Shown here one piece after another: positions 22,719 through 34,591 of a DNA stretch of 64,000 bases. The DNA lies in the NCBI RefSeq assembly GCF_000372725.1, contig NW_005202427.1:1090459-1154458 (forward strand). Direction: 5' to 3'. This stretch comes from Emiliania huxleyi CCMP1516 (lineage: Eukaryota). The notes under the pieces were generated by a model that saw only the letters and a list, made by a program, of their open reading frames with translations, did no database searches and had not been told where the DNA came from. The position numbers and the translations under genes are program-made. The stretch's first letter is position 1, and each line of letters begins with the position of its first letter.

Positions 22719-24039
22719 CCTCTCGCTTAGAGGTCGGTGACTGCGGGGATGCGCTGTTTTTCTTTTTTTGTGTTCTGAGACGTATGTATGAACGAGAGTG
22801 CAGAAGTGAGCGGTGCAGGCAGTAAAGCCGCAGCCTTGGTTTGCTTGTAGCCAACAGAGGAGATCGAGAACAGGAGAGTGGTCTCTCACACTCTCTCAGA
22901 CTGCGCGACTTGCGCGAGAGAGAGGCACACAGAGCCACACAGCCAGAGCGCAGAGGACTGGCGAGGCGCAGGCTCGACGGAGGACGGACTGGAGCGGTGG
23001 AGGGTTCAGTACGGCAGGGCAGGACACGGCACGCAGGGGGGTAATTGCAGGCGCTGAGATTTAAAAACTCAGCGGGTGAAAAAAGGGGCGATAATCGGCA
23101 GCATCGGAGGAAGCGACACCAACAACGAGGGTGAAACGGCCACAGCGGCTGTCGCATGTTGCTCGGCTGACGAGCAAGCGAGCGCGAAGGGGGGAGAACC
23201 GGAGCCCCGGGAGGACGGTCGGTGAGCCCCGAGACGAGGGTCTAAGCAGGTGTCTGTACGGGAGAGTGGTGTGCAGCAAGTGTTGTGTCTATTAGCTCCG
23301 AGTAGAGGGCGCGTCCTGCAGTTAAGGGGAAACCCGGTACGCGGAGCCAACCCTCGGAGACCCGTGTTTACTTTACGGCCCTTTCCCTGCGAACGCGCAC
23401 CCCCCAGGGCTAGGGCTCTCTAGCCCGTAACCCGATGCCGATCATCTGGCCCGCTGGGTGTGCTTCTTTAGCCCCCCAGCCCTGGATGTGAGGTTACCGA
23501 CTGCACTCCAAGTGCTCCAAGTGCGGCTGTAATGAAACATGGAATTACGGGGTGTGGAGGGTGAGTTGACCAGGGGTTGTGCGCCGGGCCCTCCTGCTCG
23601 CTCCAGCGAGTAGACAAGTGTTGCCATCCACAGAGGAGCCCTGAGGCCACATTGGCCCTGGTATCACAGTGTGCCGGCAGTCGTCGAGCAGTGTCGCTCA
23701 CACAAGCCGCAGCACAAGTGCCTGTCAGATGGGTTTTTTGGGCGAGACGCTGTTCACACACCTCGTAAATCTCCTGCACCCACTCTCGACCCTCTCGACC
23801 AAAGGACGACCGGCAAAATGTCAATGGCGACCGCCTGCCGCCTCCTCGGCCCCAGGTAACGTCGCCCCGCCTCCCGCCGAGCCTGATCCCGCAGCCAAAA
23901 AAGTACTGCATCCGCAGTCCCCATCGCGCTGCAAGCCCGCCCGCGACGGCAGCCGCTAAATACGCTAAAAAGCCCCGCCCCACATGCCGCCAACAGCAAG
24001 TACGAGCTCGGGCCGGCCGCGCTCGGGCTTCCGCCGCCG

Positions 24040-24690
24040 ATGCCGGCCGCACGCCCCGACGCGTACCAGCTCGCGGCCCGCGCGGGCGCGAGTGCTCACG
24101 GTGATGCCGGCGCCTCGCAGCGCTCGGCCGGCAGCCTATCACAGTGCAGCAGCCAGGACGGTGCTGTGCTTGGCCGCTTCCCAAAGCCGAGCGCGCCGTT
24201 TCGCACGCCCGCAGCGACCCCCTCGCTCTCGGACGGCGGCCTTGTGCAGTCGCTGCTGCGTCAGCAGGTGCACTGCGAGGGCTCTGCGAATGTTGTGCCC
24301 CTTTGACAAAGCGCCTCGACTCCCTACGTGTGCTGACGCGCCGCCCGCCTCGCCGCCTCCTCCGCCACAGGCCGAGCGGGACGAGACGATGCGTCAGCTC
24401 GAGGGCAAGGCGCGAAATCAGCACGACGTCCAGATATGCTCCTCGCCGCAACACACCCTCCCACCGTCACCAGGTGCGCGAAATGGCGGGAACGATTGAG
24501 GCGCTCAACGGCGCGCCTCGCCGCTGGTGGCTTGCCTTGCCCTGCCGCGTCGCGACAGCCTGAGCGCGGTGCTGCCCTCCTCTCAGGCGAGAACGCCGAG
24601 CTCAAGCGCGGCCAGCAGCGACACAACGAGGAGATGCACGCCCTCGACGCTCAGCGCCGCGAGGAGCTGCAAACTCTCGAGGTGCGGCCG
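24040..24690 (+). CDS. Possible multi-exon coiled-coil hypothetical protein (fragments)
   Basis: Short coding-like pieces between cag/gt and cag/gc sites: AERDETMRQLEGKARNQHDVQ, VREMAGTIEALN, ENAELKRGQQRHNEEMHALDAQRREELQTLE. Confidence 0.3.
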
Positions 24691-26438
24691 CTCTGCTCGC
24701 GGCCACACCCTTACGCCGCTCTGTCACAGCCGGACCGCCAACCCACCAGGAGCGACTGGGGGCTCGCCTCAAGCGCACACAAGAGGAGGTCTTTGGCCTC
24801 TTCCAGCGCCACCGCCTGGTCGCTTGCTCACCGCCTTGCTCGAGCCCGCCGACGGTGCGGCCCGCCCCTTGTGGCTCCAGAGGCAAGACCACAAGCATCA
24901 TGGAGAGACTCAGAATCAACGTTTTGGCTTGCAGGCAACGGCTCAGCCTTCGCCATCCGTCCCTTTGGCGGCTCTCCCGCTGGCGTCACGCGGCGCGTTG
25001 CCATCCTGCCTTGCTTGCCCACACAGAGCCTAGACGGCCGACTCCTTCTTTCCCCACAGGCGGTCCGCTCCAGCCCGCGAGCTCGCCGCGCATGGGTCTG
25101 GCGCGCCGAGCGCCGGCGCACAGCCCGCGGCCGCCCCGCTCCGGCGCAGGCTTCTTTGGGATCCGGCCCGCAACCGCGGACAGCGACAGGCGGCAACACA
25201 TGGAGCGGCCGCCGCAGCCGCAGCAGAGGCGCCGATGCAGTGTGCTTTTGCGACGACCCGTTGATTCGACGACAATTATGACCCTTGCGAGACCATTAGG
25301 CGCGTCGCCCTCGACCCGATCAATGCGTCTGCCGCAGCCCACCGCCAGCCTTTTCGCGCGCCGTCCCCCTCGCCGAGCTTTGCAGCGAGCTCCTGCGGCT
25401 CGCTCTACAACCGGCCGATTGCAAAGGAGGACCTCTTCGATGACGCCGAGACCCCGCCCGGTGGAGAGCAGGGCTCGGGGGCGAATTCTCCGGCAACGAG
25501 GGTGCAGCCTTCAGCGTCATCGCCCCAACCAGCCATCGGGGGCTACGGCCGGCCGCCGACCTCGCGGCGCCGCTTCCACCGCCTCGACAGCAGGTCATCG
25601 GCCCCGTGGCTGGAAATTTTGTCTTGGCTCGCCAAGTCCCCAGACGACGCCTCAGCCGTCCGCATGGCTGCAGGCGTGCGTACATGGTTCTGGGCGGGGC
25701 CAGCTGCGCGCACTCTGGCGTCAAGCGTCACGTCGGGCGCGCAAGTCTAGCGTCGGAGACGGGAGCTAGAGGAGGGTGGAAAGTGCTAAGGCCCGAGGGT
25801 GCCCGCTCAGGCCCGAAGAGCCGTGGGAGAGGGAGGTGTACAAGCGCGGCGAGGCTGACCGGCGGCTCATCCTCCGGCAGATGGTGAGACGCTGCGGGCC
25901 CCCAGAGAGGTGGACGTGGCGCCCGCAATCTCTCTGGAGTGTGAGAGCATCTCCCTCACTGTAGGACCCCGTCCTGTACGCCGACGACAACGAGTGAGGC
26001 GGGCCACCTTGGGTCGCGCAGAGGTGGGTCGCGCGCTGCCATCGCGTTCGTGCGACACAAACGCCCGGCCCGCCACGAGGGCCGGGGGGGCGCGAGGAGA
26101 AGAGGGTGAGAAGCGGGAAGCGGGGGGAGAGCAGTATGAGACTTGAAAGGGCGGGTCCCGGGCCGAGGGGTGCGGCTCTCTGCGCCCGGGGGGGCGCAGG
26201 GTTGGGCGCTTTCCGCCGAAACCGACGGCTGTCTGCAAAAGATAGTACGAGCCGTGGGCGTGGCGGCGTTTTGGGACTTGGGGGATGGGGGGTTGTCCGC
26301 ATGGCGCGCGAGAGAAAAACTCTGTGCAGTGATATATCAGTGTGTTTGAGTCTTGTGAGCGCACCCAGAGAAATTCTGGGCCCAGAAAACGCAAACACAG
26401 TGGACGGCACACACAACACAGCGTAGACGCAATATGAG

Positions 26439-29295
26439 TCAGGCGATAGGCAAGTGGTCGATGCACCGGATGGCGTCGTACACGTCGTTGGTCCACGTCT
26501 TCCATGGGCTTCGCCTCAGCAGCACCGCGTGGAGCCATTCGACAACCTGTTAGAGTCACGCAAGCGCGGTGAGCGATGGGGGCACGACCTCGGCAAGGGT
26601 GGCGGTGAGAATGGGCGGTGGGAACGGTGGGAGCGGCGGCGGGACCAGCGGCGGCGGCGAGGGCGGCGGCCTGACCTTATGCAGGTGCTTGTTGGCGACA
26701 TCGCGAGTGGGCATGCGCGCCATCAAGGTGCTGTCGCGCGTGCCGCCAGAGTGCGTCCCGCTAGCGCCTTTGGCGTCGTCAAAGACGGCGGTGAAGAAGT
26801 TCTCTTGCAGGACCTGCTTTATCAAGGCCTTGGCCTCGTCGTCCGACTTTGCGCGCCTCACCTCGGACACCTTTTGGTTGACAAAGGGCTTGCCGCGCCC
26901 CTTACCAAACAGCAGCTGCTGCACCACCTCGGGCAGCAGCGTGCACAGGTCGACATCGAGGGCTGGCTTGTGCGGGTCGTCGCTCCGCGGCTCCTCCGAC
27001 GCATCGCCGCCGATGTATCTGGACGGGAACTGGATGGAGCCCTTCGACGCGCCGTCGATGTCGATTAGCCTCGCATTCTTGTAGTCCCGCGAGATGAGGA
27101 CGTTGTTCAAGTGGTTGAAGTCGAATGCCTGCACGCCCATCAGCGTCAGGTCGCGGAACGCGTTGAGCAAGCTCACGAGAAGGATTTTCACCTTTAGAAT
27201 CGTGAACTGATCCTGCAGCGTGCGGGTCCGCTCGGACTCGCTCCCCGCCTCGCCCGCCTCGGGCACCAGCGCCGTGTACTCGTCCATGAACTTTTTGAGC
27301 GTGTAGCTGGAAAAGTCGGACTGGTACTGGCTCAGCAAAGTGATTTCGAAGTGGTACACGTCGTGGTCCTCAATGTTGCTCGCCAGGGCGATGCCGAGGC
27401 CGTAGAAGTACAAGAGCCTGTGGGAGGGGGAGGGGGGGGGGGGGGAGTGGCTGTGTTCGGGATGGGGGGGAGAGCGAGGGGGAGGGTATCCAACAACCTC
27501 CCGTGGCGGTTGAGCGCGCCGGCCAGTCGCAGCCGCTTGGCCACCCCCGCCTCCGCCTTGCTCTCCATCGCGGCCAGCATCTTGTTGAGAGAGAAGGCGC
27601 GCTTGACGGCCGCGTCCCAGCGCTGCTCCGCCTCGGCGCCCAGCAGCGAGTCGAACGACATGGCGCGTCCCATCATCGACATGGCGCTGCGCGTCGAGCT
27701 CACAGAGTTGTTGGCGCTCGACACGCCCGGGCTCGCGCCGGGGCCGGTCGGCTTCGCGAGCACGAGGTCGACGCGGTGCACGATCGCGTTGTTGCCCATG
27801 CCGAGGATACCGCCCTCGCCCGGCGCGCTGAACTGCTGCCGCTCCCCGTGCCTGCTCGTCGAGATGTCCATGAAGTCTAAGCAGTCTCTCCCCATATCTC
27901 CCCATATCTCCCGTGCCTGCTCGTCGAGATGTTCATGAAGTCGCGTTTGCTCCGCGAGTCGTCGGCGTAGCTGAAGACCATCGGAGTCTTGGAACGGTAC
28001 GCCTCGCCGGTCACAAAGTCCCACGCGCGCAGGTGCGGCTCGATGATGCTCTCCGCGAGCAGCGTGCCCGGCGCGCCCTCGCGCTCCTGGTGGCGGAAGC
28101 TGAACGGGACATGCTCGCGCGTCGCAGACTCGAGGCTGAAGACGATCAGCTCGAAGCGGCAGGAGCTGTTCCAGCGCACGCAGCCGCCGACCTCCGCCGT
28201 CTCGAGGTGGAAGGCGTTGCGCAGGTGGCTGAAGAGGACGGCCTCCTCCACCACCGCCTGGGCCGGGGAAGAGGGGCGACGCATCTCGGGCAATCTCGGG
28301 TGTCATCTCGAGCAACCTCGGTGCCATCTCGGGCACCTCCTCGAGCAGCAGGCCCAGCTCGGGCCCGACCCCAAAGCAGGTGAGGACGAGCCACGCCTTG
28401 AGAGGGACGAGGGGAGAGCACGAGCAGGTCCAAGAGTGGGTCATGGAGAGGTGTGGTCTGCGTGTCGTGCTACCTTGCCCACGACGAGGTCGCCGCCGCC
28501 CTGGCTCGAGCCGCTCGTCGCGCCCTCGTCGGAGGCGATGTGCTCGTTGACCCGCGCCGTCAGCGTCGCCCGCAGCTCCTCTATCGTGCTCTCGGCCTTG
28601 ACGGCGACGTTGAAGGCGCGCAGCCCCGGCACCAGCAGCTCCACGACCACCTCGGACCTGGCGCTGAAGGGCCCCGAGCTCGTGGCCAAGAGCGGCTTCG
28701 GCCGCGCGAGCTTCATCGAGGACGCGGGGTGGACCTGGCCGCTCTGGGCTGTCTCGAGCTCGATCAGCTGCCTCTGGAAGCCGACGTTCTCGAGCATGAA
28801 GGGGCGCGTGCGGTGGCAGATCTGCAGCACCTCCTCCAGCGATGTGCCGTGCAGCAGCTGCACCGCGACGGCGAGCGCCGCCGACCGGTTCTGGCCGGCC
28901 ACGCAGAAGAACATTGCCTTTCCGCCCGAGGAGAGGACGCTCTGGTAGAAGGCGTCGGCGGCCTCGAGGTGCTCGCTGTGGGCGCCCTCGGGACTCGTGT
29001 GCAGAATCGGATAGGTGTGAGCGTCCTGCGCGACGTTCGTGAATGAGTACGAGATGCTTCTCTCGCGGTAGTCGTTGATCGGCAGGCCACGAATGCCGCT
29101 CGGCGCGCAGTTCATGACGGCCGTCACTCCCAGTCGGCACAGCTGCGCCACGTCGGCGGCGTGGTGCTTGTTGCCGACAAAGATGGAGTTGCCGATCCAG
29201 GAGGGCTCGGGATCGGAGGAAGGAACCGGCTGCGCCACGAGCCGCTGCACCATCGCCAGCCGCTCGCTCATCGCGTCCTCGGACATGCGCTTCAT
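26439..29295 (-). CDS. Dual-specificity phosphatase fused to an atypical protein-kinase-like domain (multi-exon)
   Basis: DSP: IFVGNKHHAAD..LCRLGVTAVMNCA, FFCVAGQNRSAA (CX5R), RPFMLENVGFQRQL. Kinase-like: LGMGNNAIVHRV, AAVKR, MGVQAFDFNHLNNVLI, ARLIDID. The last exon ends IDHLPIA*. Confidence 0.7.
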
Positions 29296-29404
29296 GCTTG
29301 GTGAGCGGTCGTACGGCTCCTGCACCGGGGGCTGGTCGGGGGGCTGGTCGGTGCCGGCGAGGTGCGATTTTGTTTTTTGCGACGGCGGCGAAGGCGGCAA
29401 AGGT

Positions 29405-29872
29405 GACAGCCGGGTCGTAGTCGGACATTGTGATGCGGGCGTCGGGCAGTGCTCGCGCGACTGCGAGCCCAACCAGGCCGAGCCCGGCGCCGATCTCGAG
29501 GACCCGCGGGGTGCGGCAGCCCGCCGGCTGCAGCAAGCTCGGGTTCTCCAGCAGCCACGCCGACATGAGAAGGGAGGCGTCCCACAGCTTCCCGCCAATG
29601 CTACCCGCCACCTCCGCCGCCGCCGGGCGTCGAACGCGCAGCGAGAGCCACTGCTGCTGCTCATCCTCGCTCTCCTCAGCCTCCTGCTCAGACTCGTCGG
29701 CGGAAGCCGAGCCGGACCGGAGCGCAGCCGCGCGAGCACACGCCTCCCGCCTCAGCAGCGCGGCGCCGGCAATCACGTCATCGACAGTCGCAACCTCGCT
29801 CGACGAGCTGCCCGCTCCGTAAGGGATGCGGATGAGGTCTTCGGAGGCGGCAAGCAGCGATGGCGGCAGCAT
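29405..29872 (-). pseudogene. Truncated METTL21/family-16 lysine methyltransferase fragment
   Basis: GGKLWDASLLMSAWL, VLEIGAGLGLVGLA, ITMSDYDPAV, after which homology ends. The downstream DW and D(L/V)xY motifs are absent. Confidence 0.7.
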
Positions 29873-30017
29873 GTAGGACGCGTTACTTCAGTCGAGGGCT
29901 CGAAGTCGAACGAAAGGACTATGAGCTCCGCACAATGTGACTGGTGACGCCTACGACTACCGGCGCTAGAGATGTTGCGCGCGCGGAGCGCGCCGGCTGT
30001 GGGTGGGCTCCTCTTGC

Positions 30018-30200
30018 CTGGGTTCGGACTTCTTGCGGGCGTTTGGTATGGTACTTCGGCCAACCCTTTTCGAGACCATACCCCCGTCTGCTGACAGACC
30101 CAGCCTCCCGGAGACCGGGGATGGGCGGTCAGGACCATACCCCCCCACCCTTTGGGCCGCGAGACTACCATACCATACCCCGCAAAAAGTTGGAACCCTG
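30018..30200. mobile_element. About 183-bp MITE-like element with imperfect ~35-bp TIRs
   Basis: Left ctgggttcggacttcttgcgggcgtttggtatggta versus reverse complement of the right end cagggttccaactttttgcggggtatggtatggta. Internal ccatac repeats. No TSD seen. Confidence 0.6.
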
Positions 30201-30518
30201 GGGGATGTTGGTTGGGTGCGAAAAGAAGAGACTCAGCAAGATGCGCCCGTCGCGCGCAGTCACGGACGGACGTGCAGCTCGATCAATCGTACTAAACAAA
30301 ATCAGACCCACAAAGAGTGGCCAATGGACAGCAAGCAACGATCACTAGTGACGCAAAGCCACAGAGGGCACAGCCCTAAGGTGGAGTCGCCCCCGCGTCT
30401 CGCGCGTACCGCCAAACGCAACACTCTCACCCCGCGACCGTCACGCTCGAACTCTCAGCAGACACACCGAAATTGAACACGCACCTAGACAGACGAACAC
30501 ACGAGGTCTTGGGGCACA

Positions 30519-31961
30519 CTAGACAGACGTGGGCGTGTTGCATCCGGAGTAGTAGTCGTTCTTCTTGATGCACTCTTGGGTGGGGTTGCAGCACTCCGTG
30601 GGGCCGGCCCAGGGCTTGCTGTCGACAACGCCGCCGCACTGCTGGAAGTCTTGGACGCAGGTGCCGCCGGGAGTAACCGGTGAGGGGGGCGGCGAGGGCG
30701 GGTAGTCGTAGGTGCCGCCGAACTGGCAGTTGAGCGGGCTGACGTGGCCGTCGTCGTCAATCGCGCGTGCGGTGCCGTTGGCGACGGCGTTCAGCTTGCC
30801 GCCACGCTGCTTCGGGTAATAGTACTCCGCGTCGAGGTGGCACTCGATGGTCTCGTCCTCGACGGACGTGAGCTCAAACCGGTGCGGCGGCGTGCCGAGG
30901 TCGACATTTCCGAGATACCAGCCGGCGGAGGCGCCGTAGCCCATCTCGTGCTTGGTGCCGTCGTCGGCGACGTAGCTCATGCTTTGGATGGGGTACATGC
31001 TCGAGTACGTCAAGAACTGTATGAAGTACGAGCCGTCGTGGTTGTTCGTGAGGACATCGCCCTGCTTGAAGCCCGCCTCGATCGGCACGGTGTACTCGCT
31101 CCCGTCGTCTCCCTGGAGAGTGACCGGGCACGGCACCGCCTTCCACCAGGTCTTGCCGGCGTTAGCATTGGTCGCGGGGTCGAAGACATCCAGGTCGAGG
31201 TGGCCCGAGCCGCAGTTGCGCTTCTCGACCTCCGTTTTGCTGCCATCGCTGAAGCCATCGTAGCACTGGTCCGCAACCATCACGATGACGTCGTAGCCAA
31301 GCTCATCGATCTGCACGACTGCGCCGCCGTTCTGCAGAGCGCCCGTCTCCCTGTCGATGCCGGTGACCTCGCCAAAGAGCTGGAGGCACATGCCGCACGC
31401 GATCTTGCCGTCGTCTTTTGAGGCGGACCCCAGCCCCATCCATGTCGGGTCCGTGTTGAACTGCATGTAGGACAGGCCCGTCATCGAGTAGATCTTTGTG
31501 TTCTTGTCCGAGTAGATGCGCGGCACGGCGGCGTTCTGCCGGGTCGGGGTGATCTGAGACCCGTCAGGGTTGGTCCCAGGGTTGCGGAGCGAGTGGCAGA
31601 ACAGGGTCTGGTCGGGGTTGGAGGTCACGCCATTGGTCGACTGTGACATGACGACATGCGTCCCTCGCGCAGCCTGGAGGTAGCTGGCGCCTTGCTTGGT
31701 CCCTGGAACGGCGTAGTCGTAGCCGGAACCCTGACTGAGCTGCTTCCAGTTGGCGCCTCGCGCGTTGGGGCACGTGAAGGTGTGCTCGTCCATGAAGCCG
31801 ATAGGAAGCTCGTGACTGCCAGCGGGGTCGAGGTACAGCGTGTTGTTGCAGATGTTGCAGTCCAAGTAGTCGCCGATGCACTTGCCGTCGTCGGGCTTCA
31901 GGAACGGCGCCGGCCCAGGCGCAACGGGCGCGGCGGTCACGAGCGCTGACATGGCGAGCAT
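30519..31961 (-). CDS. Expansin-like (DPBB + expansin domain 2) protein with a C-terminal CBM1
   Basis: ACGMCLQL, VMVADQC, CGSGHLDL, WKAVPCPV (expansin/GH45-like D1); Pro-rich linker; CBM1 CVQDFQQCGG....WAGPTECC....CIKKNDYYSGC. Confidence 0.8.
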   Translation of the reverse strand: MLAMSALVTAAPVAPGPAPFLKPDDGKCIGDYLDCNICNNTLYLDPAGSHELPIGFMDEHTFTCPNARGANWKQLSQGSGYDYAVPGTKQGASYLQAARGTHVVMSQSTNGVTSNPDQTLFCHSLRNPGTNPDGSQITPTRQNAAVPRIYSDKNTKIYSMTGLSYMQFNTDPTWMGLGSASKDDGKIACGMCLQLFGEVTGIDRETGALQNGGAVVQIDELGYDVIVMVADQCYDGFSDGSKTEVEKRNCGSGHLDLDVFDPATNANAGKTWWKAVPCPVTLQGDDGSEYTVPIEAGFKQGDVLTNNHDGSYFIQFLTYSSMYPIQSMSYVADDGTKHEMGYGASAGWYLGNVDLGTPPHRFELTSVEDETIECHLDAEYYYPKQRGGKLNAVANGTARAIDDDGHVSPLNCQFGGTYDYPPSPPPSPVTPGGTCVQDFQQCGGVVDSKPWAGPTECCNPTQECIKKNDYYSGCNTPTSV

Positions 31962-33100
31962 GGCGTCTGCGGGCGGAGGCGTCGCGCTGAGCAGAGGTAC
32001 GAGGAGGGGTGGGATGCGCGGGGCGGCGCTGACCTGAGAGGACTGTTGACTTTCGAGGGTGAAGGAAGCAGTGGAGGAACTAAGCGCCGAGTTTTGGTGA
32101 AGGACGCTTTTGACCGCCGACATTTGATCTTTTTTTTGACAACACGCTCTGCCCTTGTGGCGCCTGCCAAATTGCGAGTGCCACTACCTCCGCCGCCCCC
32201 CTCGGCATCGCCCCACCGTCCGCCCCACCGTCCGTTGCGCGTTGGCATCCCGCCACCCTCGCCCTCCCCGCCACCGCAGCTGCCACGGTGCGGAAACGAG
32301 AGGGGCAAAATCGCAGCCTCAAATGGCGGGCCTATTTGACAGTCGTCCCGGCTCCGGCCAAGCCCCAATCGGGTCCTTTCATACCAGATCTGGGCCAAGT
32401 GAAGCCTAAGTGAGTAGGCACACGCCGCGGGTGAGCACCGGAATCTCTCGGCCACTCACTTCCGCAGGTCGCCGCCTGCTGGCGCAGCGCCCGGATGGGC
32501 CATATCGAGCGGCGGGCGCAGATCTACGCGGCACTGTATTGGGAGCGGGTTGTTTCGCCCCAAGTGCGAGCACAAATGATGTGCGCGGCCGGCAAGGCGC
32601 TCTGCGACGCCAGCCAACTCGCGCTGTCGACCTCAGACGGCTTGGCTCGGCAGGGCGGTGACAGCGACCGCACGCGAGCTGCACCACACCGCCCGCCTCT
32701 AGGCAAAACATGCCGTCGGAAAGCGCTGCGGAACAGCAGCCGTGGGCGCTCCGCGTTTTGGGTGCTCCAGCGTTCTGCGCGAGCATCTTCGCACGATACG
32801 CTCGGCTTGTCTGGTGAACTCGAGCGAGAACACACACACAACACACAACTCCGAGCAGCTGCTCACGCGCGCGCGCCTCTCGCCTCCTGTTCAGTCCCAG
32901 GGACGGTTTGTGTAGTATTACCTTTAATAAACCAACCAGGCCCTCTAATGAGCCACATGCCCCGCATAAAGTACGTACCAGGACAAGCTAGTATCTGCAT
33001 AGTGCAGGGCACAGCGGGAACCAGGGCGCGGGCCGCGCGCGTGTGTGCAGTGTGGGTGGGGGCACACTCACACGCTAGACTGTGCCGGTATGTACGGATT

Positions 33101-34056
33101 CTACTGAAACGCCACCGGCTGGTCGCACCAGCCGCTAGCGCGCAGCCTGTGCCGGACAGGCTCCGCCGCCCACGGCTGCTTGAGCGTCTTCTTTGCGTAC
33201 GCAACCAGCGCGTGCGCCTCTGCCATCTCGAGGCGCAGCTCGTCCGTCGGCGCGGTGTACGGCATGATGTCGCCCGTCGCCGAGTTGATGCCCACGGTGG
33301 TGAACTCGACCGTGAACTTGTAGGAGCCGGGGGCAGGCGCGTCGGAGCCGCCTGCGCGCGGCTCCACAAAGGAGAGGCGCATCGGCGTGCGAGCATTGCA
33401 CGCGACGAGCAGCATGTTGGACATGCGTCGCGCGCCCCTGATGCGGAGCGCGCCGACGCCGTGGGTAGGCCGCGACTCGTGCAGCGACACGATCCACGCG
33501 GCGTGCTCCTGCGAGAAGATGGTGAGTGTGTGCGCCCGCTGCCAGTGGTCCTCCTTGACCGCGATCTTGGCCTTTGTGCCGCTCGGAGGAGTAGAGAAGT
33601 ACTGCAGCAGCGCGAGCGCATACTCGCGCAGGGAGGCCTCCTCGACCAGGACAGCAAGCCCAAACATCGGGCCGGTCCTCTCGATCACCTTGAAGGCGAT
33701 CTGGTCGCGCATCCTGGTCACGACGTAGAAAAAGGATGGCGGGAGACGTTCGCGCTGCGCGTGAAAGGCCCGAACAAACCGCTCGGGGATGTTGTCGAGG
33801 GGCTCCCACGTCCAACCATCGACCTCGTAGTCTTCCCAAGCGGTCAGAAGCTCGATCCCCCCAGCTCTCTGCCGCCACGCGATGACCTTCTTGACGTTGT
33901 AGCTCTCTGGCAGCAAAGGCCGCTTTCGGCCCCGCCCGGACCTGCAGCGGTTTTGGTTGGATTCCGTGAGATACCGATTTTTCTGTCACTGAATAATTGG
34001 CGTAGTGCTTGCCATGAGGGTGCTGAGGGTTGGGGGGGCGGTGGTATGCGCCACAT
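33101..34056 (-). CDS. Chromodomain-containing protein
   Basis: YNVKKVIAWRQRAGGIELLTAWEDYEVDGWTWEPLDNIPERFVRAF is a canonical chromodomain. A probable GC-AG intron at about 33942-34012 joins it to MWRIPPPP... Confidence 0.7.
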
Positions 34057-34591
34057 AAATCGGGAAGTACCATCCTGTGCGCCGCAAAGGCCGATCGCGC
34101 CCGACGGTGGGGCGGCTCACCGCACACACATAGTTGCGAGGCCGAGCCCGCCGGGCGCGTAGAGCCGAGTGGCCGGGGGGGAGGCGGACCAGGGAAACCG
34201 CGCGCGGGAGTACGAGGTGACATGTGGCGCGGGCACGGCGGGGGAGACGGCGCGGTGCTAGGGGCGCGGAGCGCACATTTTAGCGCAGAAAAGGGCCTTA
34301 TGAGTGGGAAAGGCGGACCAAGTTCCAGCCGCACCGTGGCCGCCGCCCACGTTTGTACCTCTACAGGGTTGAGTCCGACGAACGACGCACGTGCTCCAAG
34401 TGACCTTCCAAACGAACAAACCGAAAGGAAAACGACAGGCAGATCTCACCGCCTTCCGCAGTGTCTGCTGGAAGGCGCGAGAGGGCCGACGAGGCGCGAG
34501 AGGGAAACCCGATGTCGCGGGAAACCGCCAAGACCGCGATCGAGCCGTCCCAAGAGGACGTGCCAAACGGTGCCGCGGCTTGGGTGGCTCA

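Noticed and set aside
27332..29872. Single 846-aa methyltransferase protein
   Set aside because: Only the first ~155 aa are methyltransferase-like; most of the rest is out of frame relative to the DSP-kinase exons.
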